Assembly (NCBI GenBank): GCA_900617105.1
Contig: UYFQ01000030.1
Coordinates: 1 to 38,815 of the forward strand
Source: Hydrurus foetidus
Taxonomy: Eukaryota
Reading direction: 5' to 3'
DNA: 38,815 nt
Below, in pieces: positions 11,181-22,516 of the stretch. Under the pieces are notes generated by a model, which searched no databases, was not told where the DNA came from, and worked only from the letters and a program-made list of their open reading frames with translations. The position numbers and the translations under genes are program-made. Position 1 is the first letter of the stretch. Every line of letters starts with the position of its first letter.

Positions 11181-11266
11181 ACTCCAATCTTCAGGATGTT
11201 GATAAACTTCATGACTACTTGCGTCAAAATAATTTGACAAAACTAATCAATAAACAACACCGTTGA
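11181..11266 (+). pseudogene. pol: Remainder of A chromodomain / pol C-terminus
   Basis: YSNLQDVDKLHDYLRQNNLTKLINKQHR* matches C's YSSLRDVDKLHDYLRHNNMTKLINKQHR*. Confidence 0.92.
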
Positions 11267-11473
11267 TTTCTTCACTCGAAACTTTATTCATGAAGAATTT
11301 ACCTCCTATTTTTTTTTATTCTTTTTTTGGAGGAATTTAGTCAGTAAGAGTCTGACATCATCGTTTTCGAAGTTTCTCATTTTTTTCAAAATGTGTTTTG
11401 TTTCATCTTTCTTTCCCACTCTCATACAAATATTAGTAGAGTTCATTGGAGAAGAAAAGGGAAGAAGGGGTAG

Positions 11474-11751
11474 TGTAGCCTCACTGCATCTGTACTGCAT
11501 GTACGGATACACTGTGACTGTATACTATACCTGTACTGTAGATTCTAGAACGGACCCAAAGTCCGGTACAGTTTTCTTTTCGTTTCTTTTCCACGCGAGT
11601 ACACATCACTGTAGATACTACTGCTTGTTTCTCGCTGTAAACTATAAAATTACTCTTCCACCTCCTCCATCTTCGTTTTTCGCCCTCCGTCCTCGTCCAT
11701 CGTCCTCGTCCATCGTCCTCGTCCTTCGCCTTCAGGTCACCAACGACCACA
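11474..11751 (+). repeat. A 3' LTR (278 bp)
   Basis: Follows the same GGAAGAAGGGGTAG PPT as C; TGTAGCC start and GACCACA end shared with C LTR; shares GTACACATCACT block. Partner LTR outside window. Confidence 0.85.
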
Positions 11752-14056
11752 AGCGAAGCTCGCTGTCTCATGCATCATACTCCTCCAACCTGCATGCAGT
11801 GGGATTCCATTCAGAGGCAGATACACGCGCGCCACCATACAAGGCGATTGCAAAGCGTCAGCCAGATGTACCACGCTACCCTGGCCTAGACCGCAACACC
11901 AAAATGTGCCACACCTGTGGACGCAGCGGCCACAACCGTTACAACTGCCTCTTCCACATGAACGAGCACTGCAACATCACACACTTCATGTGGTCCGAAT
12001 CCCCCATGGGGATCGAATGAAAACGGCTCGGTCACAAATATTTTACAATTGATGCACATCTTCTATCGGGCGGAGTATCTCGAGAGAGACAAAAAATCCA
12101 CGTCCCGGCAAACTTCAAGTTCCCCACGGATGAAGACGACATTGACATGGGTAACACCCAAACGAAGTCAAACCCTCGGCAAGGCACCAGTGCGCCACCA
12201 TACGGCAAAGTTACGAAGCCAGCGTACGACGACCGACGAAGAAGTGAGTTTTTAACACCACCTGTCAGTGTCCAAATTTTACCGCGTATCGACTTACCTC
12301 GAACACGTACCTTACTTTCAGCAATACTTCCTGAAAAAGTAAATGATTACTTACAAGTCAACATTTCTCTCCCACAGATCAGTATGGCCCACGACAAGAC
12401 GACCGCTCTCGCAAAGACGACCGCACACACGCCGACATCGACAACCGCGACCGTGACCGCCAACGCAACGAGCGAGAAGCCTTCGCGCGCGACAAGGCAA
12501 AAGACAAGGAAGGGTCCTCCAGCAGCTCCAACAAGCCCTACTCCTCAAAGTAGAGGCGTGGATGCACTGGCCCAAATCGATACGGGGTGCGAAGTCGGTG
12601 ACGTCATTAACCGTAGAGTCCTCGAGGGCCTGCGGGGTGAGTACCGCTTACGCGACTCCGATTCACCAATGTGGATTTGTTCAGGTTTAGATAATAAGTG
12701 TATTGAATCCAAATCTGTGCTTGATATTGTTTTATCATTTAAAAAAGATTCTTTGAAATACATCTTTTCTCCTCCGGTCCGCATCGCAGAAGACTCTGAA
12801 ACAGATTTGATTATAGGTACAAATACCATAAAAGTCTAAATTTAGTTAGAATTATGCCCGAATTTTTCGGTCATAAAAATCATACTGATCCGTGGACCCG
12901 TATAGATAATTCAATGGTATTAACCACGAAGAATCTGCCGGACACAATTCTCTCCACCGAGGTCCAAGAACCTCCAGTCAATAAAGACTTGGACGGGGCT
13001 AAACCCTCCAACACAGACAGCCTGAGGCAGGGTGACTTGGTGTCTGGAGGTGCTTGTAAACACAAGAATTGCACATCGACGTATGGGTGTTCGCAGATTC
13101 GAGTAGCGGCCGCTACCGACCCTGTTCAAGACGAGTCCATCTTGCAAGTATGCGGGAGGTCAAGAACCCACTTGGCTTCTCCTCGACAAGATGGTTTAGA
13201 GCTCACGCTCGACAGAGAGAAGGAAGTAGCTATCCAAATCTACCCCTCCATAACTCCGCCCCAAACATATGGCTTTTTCGCGGCTCTACTTAGAGAGAAG
13301 GAATATCTCCCTGAAGCTCAGCCTTTCGGTCCGGAAGAAATTGACTACAAGTCAAAGGATACATTTGCTCCTTTCATGCCTTCCAAGCAAACATCCACGG
13401 ATATTATAGACCTCATTCACATTGAAGGTACTCATGATGAAATTGCACGGATTCGAACAGCACGTGTTAAACACATAGTCCTGTTCAAAAATGAACTTGG
13501 ACCAGAACCAGCAAGAATACCACCATTTGAACTTCCCGTTATGGAGAAACAATGGAAGGTACCCAAAAACAGACAGGCGTCACGCATCAATCCACGAGCT
13601 AAACCGGATGGTACCTTCCTATTTTGCATTGATTACCGTGGACTAAACGAAGCTACAGAATCTGCAAGTTGGCCAATACCAAATATAAGACTCATGTTAG
13701 GACGTTTAGGAGCTGCAAAAGCAGATACCTTTGGTGTAATTAACCTCACGGCAGGATACCACCAGGCGCCAATCACAATGAGCACACAAATTTATACAGC
13801 CTTCATTGCATTCATGGGCATATATCACTTTACAAGACTTCCTTTTGGGCCTAAACGTGCACTATCATATTTTCAAGGAATGATGGCTTCAGTAGTCCCG
13901 ACATCATAGTGTACGCAACTGGACACTTACAATTCTGTGAACGATTGGAAACAATATTTTAATGTTTAGAAGCAAAGAATATTTCACTTAAAACAGCTAA
14001 ATTAAAACTTGGTATGAAAAAAGTGGAACATGTAGGTAAAGAAATATCAAACGAAG
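11752..14056 (+). pseudogene. pol: D gag C-terminus, protease and RT N-terminal half
   Basis: CCHC knuckle; AQIDTG, WICSGLDNKC; CIDYRGLN, LTAGYHQ, RLPFGPK; several stops and deletions. Confidence 0.88.
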
Positions 14057-14318
14057 TGTAGCCTTATTGCATTCCTAAGGGGATACAATGTGTCTAGGTT
14101 AACTAGGTACAATAGGTATATTACGCCCAGATTCCACTTTTAGGTCTTAGTTCCACATATGACGTGAATGCACTTTAGCGTACACATCACTTGTAGATAC
14201 TCAACTGTAAAATACTAACACAAGTTTACTCCACATATCCTTGCTTCCCTTGCCCACCGCTTGCATCAACCGACCACCACTTTTAGCTCCAACGTCCTAG
14301 GCCCCGCCCAAGACCACA
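14057..14318 (+). repeat. C 5' LTR
   Basis: Matches 18988-19249 and is related to 36868-37129. Confidence 0.96.
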
Positions 14319-14773
14319 ATATCGATATTTGGTCGATACCAAAGCTTTTTTTGCGAGAAATTCATTTCTCCACGCCATCACTTTCAAATCCCATCACTCA
14401 TATCCGACAGTCGAAGACAATGGCTCTCCGACGCCAGGACAAGAGGATTAGCACCATCAACTCCCTTCGCCGACAACGACAGCCCCCTAGAGCTGTCGCC
14501 GTCGCCTTCCGACAACGTTACGAGGAGCACCACAATCGTGGAGGAGATAGCATCGAGTCTCCTGGGCCACCTGCGGCTCAGGACCCCGCCGGCGACCTGT
14601 CTGCACCGATTCCTCAGCGGAATTCGGAGCCTGCGGTCTCGTCTGTTATTGATGCTCCTGTTTTATCTGCTTTATCCGCTCTAACGTTATCACCAGTTTC
14701 GGCTGAGATACCAGCTTCGGCTGCGACACCAGATTCGTCTGCGACACCAGCTTCGGCTGAGATTCCTCGTTCG

Positions 14774-15673
14774 ATGGCACCACCTCAGCACTATGTGCAA
14801 ACGGGTGAGAGAGCTCCTAAGTTGAGCGCCGTGCCCTCTCGTCAGGAAGTACTACGGGTAATGGAGGTCCTCCTTTCAAATGGAACTCCATTTAAACCAG
14901 TTGATGTAATCCATGTTTCCAACCATCAATCGTTTACAACGCTTCTCAAGCGTAAGTTTGCAACTGATCCCGATCGTCGCGACTCCTGTAACAATTGGAA
15001 ACATTGGTCGAATCAATTGTTCTGTAGAGAACTCAATCTCACAGTTCCTACATCAGCTGTCAATCGAACTGACAAGCTGAGTTTCATTGAAACTGTCTCT
15101 CAGGTCGCACTTCAATTCGACCTGAAGGATAAATCAGTGGAAGACAAGACAGATCAGCTTTTAGCTGATATTGTTGATGGATTCCCTGATGCAACACCCG
15201 CTCTCCAACTTCAGGCAACCAAAATTCTCATCGATAAGTTGCCTGTCGAACCTATCAATTGGAGAGCAGTGTTACAGCGTAGTCTTAACAATACAACGCC
15301 AAGACTCATTACAATCGAAGACTTTCGATTCGTATGGCTTGCGCAGCTTGCTAAGCTACGAGAATCAATTGATGCCTTACGGTTCATTGATGTCTCTCCT
15401 TTGTATGGTGATCACTCTCGCCAAATCAAAGCTCCTCCTCGTTCCTCTCAGGACAAAATCAAAAAACGTCCACGAGAGAGCGAACAATCTGTGCAATCAG
15501 ACAAGTCTGACAAATTCGAAAGACCTCTGTGCACAGGCTGTGGGAGACTCGGCCATTTCGTCGCCACGTGTTTTTACACTACGTCTCCGTACTATAACAG
15601 TACAGACGCACCCTATATCAACTCTGAGGGTCATAAGCAGTTGTTGAAAGTCGATTCAAAGGCTATTCAATGA
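14774..15673 (+). pseudogene. gag: C Gag (true start uncertain, may be upstream), C-terminally truncated by deletion
   Basis: CTGCGRLGHFVATC zinc knuckle; near-identical to F gag until about 15665. Confidence 0.85.
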
Positions 15674-18600
15674 ATTTGTTTTCACGTTTCCCCGATCAAA
15701 TATCTGCCAATGCTTCATCAAACACTACCTCATTAGCGGAAGTTTTATCTTCTGAACAAGTGGATATAACGTGTGGCTGTCAGCCTAAGGAGAAGTTGCA
15801 ACCCTCTGATGGCTCCCCAAAGGTCGATCCTTTAACTCAAAAGGTGAAACCGGCAGTAACCCAAACACACGTTATTCTAGCTTCACTAATACAAGAGTCT
15901 GAAAGACTTTTTGAGGCTGTGCCCCCTGATGAGGACGAAATCGACGACTCGATCAAGGACTCGTTTTCACCTTGGATAGATGAATTTCCTGATACTGATC
16001 CACTCTCGCTAATAAACTTAGCAGGTGATGAAGATCAGAAAAATAAACTTCGGTTACTAGTACACGAATTCAAGGATATATTTAGCAGTGAACTTTCGGC
16101 CACTCCTGCTAATATTCCACCGTTTGACTTTCATGTCAATGACGACCAATGGAGAGTCTCTAAAAATAGACAACCTCCATGGGCTAAATCAACAGTTGAT
16201 CAAGCTGACATTCTCAGTCAAATTAAAAACTTGAAAAACAAAATATTGTTGAAAAATCAAACGCGGCTTATTATAGCCAAGTTTTACTAGTTCCAAAATC
16301 TGATGGAACTAAGCGCATGTGTATTGATTTTCGGAATCTCAACAATTGTACCGAAGATAAATCACATCCTATTCCACACATCGGTGAGATGTTGCGTCGA
16401 ATAGGTGCACATAAAGCAAAAGTGTTTGCTGTACTTGATCTCACTCAAGGTTACCATCAAGCACCACTTACACTCGCTGCACGTGCTTATACTGCATTCA
16501 TACTATTCTGCGGAGTATATCAATTCACTCGTTTACCCTTTGGGCCAAAACAAGCACCCTCCTATTTCCAACAGATTATGACGACTGTTGTGTTAGCAGG
16601 TCTGATATACTCTATATGCGAAATGTACATAGATGATTGCAATGTTTTCGGTAAAGACATTGACGAACTTATTTCTAGACTTCGTCTTGTGTTTGATCGT
16701 TTTAGAAAACACAAAATATTCCTTAAACCGAATAAGTGTTATCTAGGCTATGCCGAAATAGATTATGTTGGCAAAGTTCTATCTGCAGATGGACTTAGAA
16801 TGTCACAAGAAAAAATACGGACTGTCTTAGATTTTCCTAAACCAGTACTATCTAAACAACTCAAAAGTTTTTTAGGATTGGTTAATTATTTTCACGACTT
16901 TGTTAGAAACGCTTCTACTGTTGTATACCCGTTACATCAGTTGCTTCTTAACTATAATAAGTATAAGAAAATAACTTGGACAATAGAAGCTCTCAGAGCA
17001 TTCAATTTGATCAAATCTGAGATTTCAAAATGCACGACTATGCACTTTTTAAGTGACACCGATCCGATATACTTGCACACTGATGCATCGGACTACGGTG
17101 TAGGTGCCTATCTTTTCCAGTTAGTTGACGGTCAAGAGACGCCCATAGCATTTGTCAGTAAATCACTTAACAAAGCTCAGCTTCGTTGGGCTGTTATACA
17201 AAAAGAAGCATATGCTATCTTTTATTCGTGCACGTATTTAAAATCGCTATTACGTGATCGTACGTTCACATTGCGTACAGATCATCGTAACTTGTTATAC
17301 ATCAAGGATAATTCAAATCCAATGATTGTTCGGTGGTTTATGGCCTTATCCGAATATTCATTTAAAATTGAATATATACCTGGTGCTAACAATGATATAG
17401 CTGATTCGATGTCTCGACTCTGTCGCAATAACATGGTTGATTTCCCTCAGGAATATACTCCTGATGCAATCATGTCTGCTAATACTATTGAAAAATTCAA
17501 ACTAACACGTGATCAGTACAATACAATCAGTAAAGTACACAATTCACAAGTTGGGCATTTTGGCCTTGAGCGCACTTTAAAGCGTCTCATTGACAAAAAG
17601 ATAGTATGGCAATATATGCGTCAGCATGTCAGGTGGTTCATAGATCACTGTTCGTGTTGTCAGAAAATGAGTATGTTAAAGATACCAATACATGCTCATG
17701 GTTTCTCGACTTCTACTTACACACCTATGGAATGCCTTAACATAGACTTCATAGGACCGTTTCCAGACGGCGGGTACGTACTCGTAATTATCGATACGTT
17801 CACAAGATGGGTTGAACTGTTTCATACAGAAGATGCTACAGCACTTTCAACAGCTAAATGCCTCTTGCAACACTTCGGTCGTTTCGGCGCACCTCTCCAA
17901 CTCCGTTCTGATAATGGGCCACACTTCATTTCCGAAGTTATTAGAGAGTTTCTAACTCTTATTGGCACTCAACATTGTCTTACTTTAGCATACTCTAAAG
18001 AAGAAAATGCTATTGTTGAGCGCATGAATAAAGAAGTAAATAGACATCTTCGTGCATTAACATTCGATAATGTCACACTAGAAGATTATAAAACGTCACT
18101 TCCATTTGTGCAACGAATTTTAAATTCTAATCACAGTGATCGTTTAAAAATATCATCTTCTCAACTTCTTTTCGGAAATGTACTCAAACTCGATAGAGGT
18201 ATCTTTTACCTCCTGCTGAGCGAAATGTTACTGATGACAAACCTTTGTCAAAGCGTATGAGCAATCTACTCAAAACGCAAGACAGTCTTCTTAAAGCTTC
18301 TGCTAAAGAACTTCTTCGCACAGATTTGCTTCATCAAAGTCAGTCTCAAGTTTTTCAGCATGTAGATTATCCAAAAGACTCTTATGTCTTAGTGCACTAT
18401 CGCGATGGATCTCCTCCTTCACGTCTTCACACGCATTGGAGAGGTCCATTAAAAGTCGTTAGTGGCGAAAATTCGCGTTACACACTTTATGATTTAGTCA
18501 CTCAGAAAACTTCAGAGTTTCATGTTTCTGCAATGAAACCTTTTCTATTTGACCCTTCAATCACAAATCCGTTGGATGTTGCACGACGTGATCACATGGA

Positions 18601-18796
18601 ATACTTTGTTGAAGACATTCTTGATCATCGTGGCAAACACCAACGTACCCACATAGAGTTTTTAGTCAAATGGTTAAATTACCCTTCAGACAAAAACACT
18701 TGGGAACCTTATTCAAGTCTTCGTGATGTTGATAAACTTCATGATTATTTACGTCATAATAACATGACTAAATTAATCAATAAGCAACATCGATGA
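15670..18796 (+). pseudogene. pol: C Pol without protease (RT, RNase H, integrase, chromodomain); 1-nt frameshifts in homopolymers near 16225 and 18205
   Basis: YIDD, TDASDYG, DDE motifs, EFLVKWLNYPSDKNTWEP; colinear with A pol. Confidence 0.93.
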
Positions 18797-18987
18797 CTTA
18801 ATATATTTGAAACTTTATCCATGAGGATTCTCTCCTATTTTTTTTACCTACGGGTCTTTTTTGGAGAGTTTAGTCAGTAAAAGTCTGACATAATCGTTTC
18901 ATCTATATCTCATATATATGTTTTACATATCTTTTCACTTTTTTTGTATATCATATCAAAGATCTTCAAAAAAGGAAGAAGGGGTAG

Positions 18988-19249
18988 TGTAGCCTTATTG
19001 CATTCCTAAGGGGATACAATGTGTCTAGGTTAACTAGGTACAATAGGTATATTACGCCCAGATTCCACTTTTAGGTCTTAGTTCCACATATGACGTGAAT
19101 GCACTTTAGCGTACACATCACTTGTAGATACTCAACTGTAAAATACTAACACAAGTTTACTCCACATATCCTTGCTTCCCTTGCCCACCGCTTGCATCAA
19201 CCGACCACCACTTTTAGCTCCAACGTCCTAGGCCCCGTCCAAGACCACA
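18988..19249 (+). repeat. C 3' LTR
   Basis: One C/T difference from the 5' LTR. Confidence 0.96.
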
Positions 19250-19253
19250 GAAG

Positions 19254-21490
19254 GTACAACTAAAAGGCGTGACCGACTTTCCGATGCCAAGAAAGACGAT
19301 GGAACTGAGGTCGTTTCTCGGACTCACGAATTATTTTAGGGATCATGTACGGAACCACTCAAACGTAGTCGCTCCTTTACAATAGATGACCACGCACGCA
19401 TCCAAAAAGCAAACATTGCTTATATGGACTGACGCAGCAGCTGACGCATTCTATATGATTAAACAGCGAATTCCGGAGAGGCTTTGCTATATTTCATACA
19501 CAATACAGCCCCAATAACCTTAATGATTGATGCGTCAGATTACGGTATTGGAAGATACTTGTGTGGCATCCTGCCTTGAATGAACATCCTGTTCTACCAT
19601 TCCGCTACAAAAGCGGGGGCCCTCCCTTGGTAGAACAGGATGTTCGTACAAGGCAGGATGCCAAATTGGTCTAACTTCTTTCTTTTTCAAGTAGAGTGGC
19701 CATGGGCTCATTCACCTTGAGTTCGTACGTGGTTGGTGGTTTGGAACTCGTGACCCGTAGTTCCAATTGGCATTGTCGAGTAAGAGTTCTTTCTGCTCTA
19801 CCACTCCACCATTCTAGCGCTAGGATGGTGGAACAGTAGAGCATAAAGAATGTTCGTTCAACGCAGGATGCCACACTTGTGCCAAAAAGTCGACGGAAAG
19901 AAACAATCGTCGCTTTCGTGAGTAAGTCTCCTACCAAGACACAACTGAAGTGGTCAACAATACAGAAAGAAGCCTTCGCGCTCTATTATTGTTGTACTTA
20001 CCTCGACGCACTACTACGAGATCATAAATTTACAATTCTCACGGACCATAAGAATCTTACCTTTATAGAAAAAGACAAGAACGAAATGGTTGGCAGATGG
20101 GGAGTCGCCCTGCAGGAATTGGATTATACGATAGGCTACGTACCAGGTAAAGAAAACGACATTGCAGACGCGATGTCATGCCTATGTTTAAACAGAATGG
20201 AAAAGAAATCCAGACTTGTATTATCATTACATGTTAAACAATTAACGACAAACGAGCAATATGAACTCATTGATAGTTGTCATAACGCTAGGATCGGACA
20301 TGGTGGTGCACAAGGTGCGTTACGGAACTTAAAAGCAAGGAAAAAAGTGTAGCCAGGCATGAAAAAGGCAGTATAAACTTTCATCAAAAATTGCCCTTGT
20401 TGCCAAAAGATATCAGCGGAAAAAATACCATTAAATTCTTACACTTAGACTACTTCAACATACAAACCAATGGAATGTCTCAACATAGATTTCATTGGAC
20501 CCTTCCCAAACAAAGGATATATTCTAGTCATGATTGATATATTTACACGTTTCGTAGAACTATACGCAACAAAAGATGCAACCGCTAAGGCGGTATGCAC
20601 AGCATTAGTTGAACACGTCGGTAAATATGAATCTTCTAGATATATTAGATCTAACAACTGCCCGCACTTTGCCAACCACGTAATTGATGAATTTACCAAA
20701 CTCGCAGGCACACAATTCAATTGTGGAAAGAATGAAAAAGGAAGTTAAACGGCATATTCGAGCGTATACGTATGACAGATCTACAACTGTAAACTACCAA
20801 GAAATTCTACCCTTTGTTCAACGTATATGAAATTCAACAATTAATGATAAAACGAAAATTTCACCAGCACAAATCCTTTATGGTAATGCTATTAATATGA
20901 ATGAAGGAATTTTAATCCCAAGAGGAGAAGTTAACCTCATCCCAGAAAACAGTACAACTTCATCTACAAATACGATAAAGATCCAAAGTGATCTTATAAG
21001 AATTGCGGCGAGACTCTTTAAAGAATCTGATCACGAACATAATGAAAAACAAAACCTAGGTATAACACATTTCGAGGCAGGCTCATATGTACTCGTTACT
21101 CAACGCACGCAGCCAGAGACACGCATGCACACATTGTGGCGCGGTCCACTTCGCGTTCTAAGCAATAGGCAAGGAGAATATACGATACTCAATCTTATTA
21201 CTCTTAAGAATGTTAAGTACCACATACCACAATTAAAGACTTTCTTATTTAATTCAATGCACACTGATCCAACAGATGTAGCACGTCGTGACTATTTAGA
21301 ATTCTTCATCTAAGAAATAGTAGACATGAGAGGTAATATTTCATCTTAAGGAGCATTAGAATTTGAAGTCAAATATCCCTCAGAAAGTAATACCTGGGAA
21401 CCATGGCGAAGTCTACGAAAAACGGACAAGCTACACAATTTTCCTATAAGTAAGAATCTACGTCACCTAATTCCAAGAGAATTCAGATTA
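19254..21490 (+). pseudogene. pol: D RT end, RNase H, integrase and chromodomain, degenerate
   Basis: LRSFLGLTNYFR, DASDYGIG, QKEAFA, TDHKNL, MECLNIDFIGP, WRGP, NTWEPW; many stops. Confidence 0.88.
19562..19875. mobile_element. Mini fold-back tRNA-derived non-autonomous element, copy 1 (314 bp)
   Basis: TGTGGCATCCTG..CAGGATGCCACA inverted ends; TSD CTTG (19558-19561 / 19876-19879); removal restores D's GRYLCQKVDG; homologous to 30928-31366. Confidence 0.88.
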
Positions 21491-22010
21491 GGCTACGTCT
21501 AAAGGGCACAAAGGAGAATAATTATGTAATTGATGATTCAGCCCATTTTTTTCGTCTCATCCGAGATGTTTTAGGAGGTTTAGTCAGTAGGCAATAAATA
21601 TTTTATTGAGTCTGACATAATTGTTGTTACTTACCTTAGACTTACACATAGTTTAGTATTTATCATAAGGTAACAAATCTAGCTTCTTCTTCGAGGAGGG
21701 GGCACTGTGACCCGTACACCGCGTATACCGGGTTTACCGCGTACGGGTACAGACGTACGCACGGTTCGGATCGAGGACGATCCGATCCATACCATTTGTT
21801 ACATGATATCTGCTGTGCTTATCTGTAAGCTAATCACATTGCTATCCATTAGCATCGCTCCATAGCCATTCTCCCTTTGGCTTAAATATAACAAGCAACT
21901 AAAATCTGGAAATTGTAACTATTCTATGGAATCGCAACTTTAAATCTGGAATCACCACTATTAACCAATCTGCAACTTTTTCTAATAAAAAGAAACTTTT
22001 TATCACAACT

Positions 22011-22090
22011 ACAACTATTTCTGTTGAGGACAGCTATTTTTGTTAAGGACAGCTATTTCTGTTGAAGACAACTATTTCTGTTATAAACAA
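22011..22090. repeat. About four copies of a 19-bp subterminal tandem repeat in the MULE
   Basis: ACARCTATTTYTGTTRARG units. Confidence 0.75.
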
Positions 22091-22516
22091 CTTTTTTATG
22101 GAAACAGCACTATTTTGCGCTTGAAACAGTCGTTTTATTGAGAAGCTGAGTTCTTCATGGGATGGATATCATGTCAATCAGTGTCAGCTTTGCCATTAAC
22201 ATGTTACTTTCCCTTTTGTAAATTGACTTTATCATGGACAATTTCAAATTAATTAAATTACTGCAGTGTAGAGTTAATAATCAATATTAGACAAATTCAG
22301 CAGCGAGATCGGCACCCACTCCATCGAGCTGTATCGCACCATGAGGTCCAAGGAGGATTGCAGCTTCCTGCTGTGGATGCTGTGGTGAGGTGTCTAAGGC
22401 AAATGCCATCCGCTCCCATGCAGGAGCAGCAAGTGGCTTCCGACCTCGTCTTCTTTTCCGTCCTAGTAGCTGGACCTGCGCTGCATTCGGTGGAACAAGA
22501 GTCCTTTTCATCATCG

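Larger units (their letters stand above)
1..11751 (+). mobile_element. Element A: Ty3/Gypsy chromovirus-like LTR retrotransposon, 5' part outside window, interrupted by B, inserted into gag of D
   Basis: PR-RT-RH-IN-chromo order; PPT 11448-11470; 3' LTR TGTAGCC..ACCACA 11474-11751; D gag-like sequence resumes directly after. Confidence 0.93.
14057..19249 (+). mobile_element. Element C: young Ty3/Gypsy chromovirus with internal deletion of the protease
   Basis: 262-bp LTRs with 1 mismatch; TG..CA; TSD GAAG (14053-14056 / 19250-19253); PPT before 18988. Confidence 0.96.

Noticed and set aside
14330..14345. TGGTCGATACC as a canonical tRNA PBS in C
   Set aside because: Starts 12 nt from the LTR rather than 0-3 nt, is CGGTC in F, and is better explained as pairing with the LTR end
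19738..19818. Functional intron-containing tRNA-Lys gene
   Set aside because: Acceptor and anticodon stems do not pair convincingly; treated as tRNA-derived sequence only
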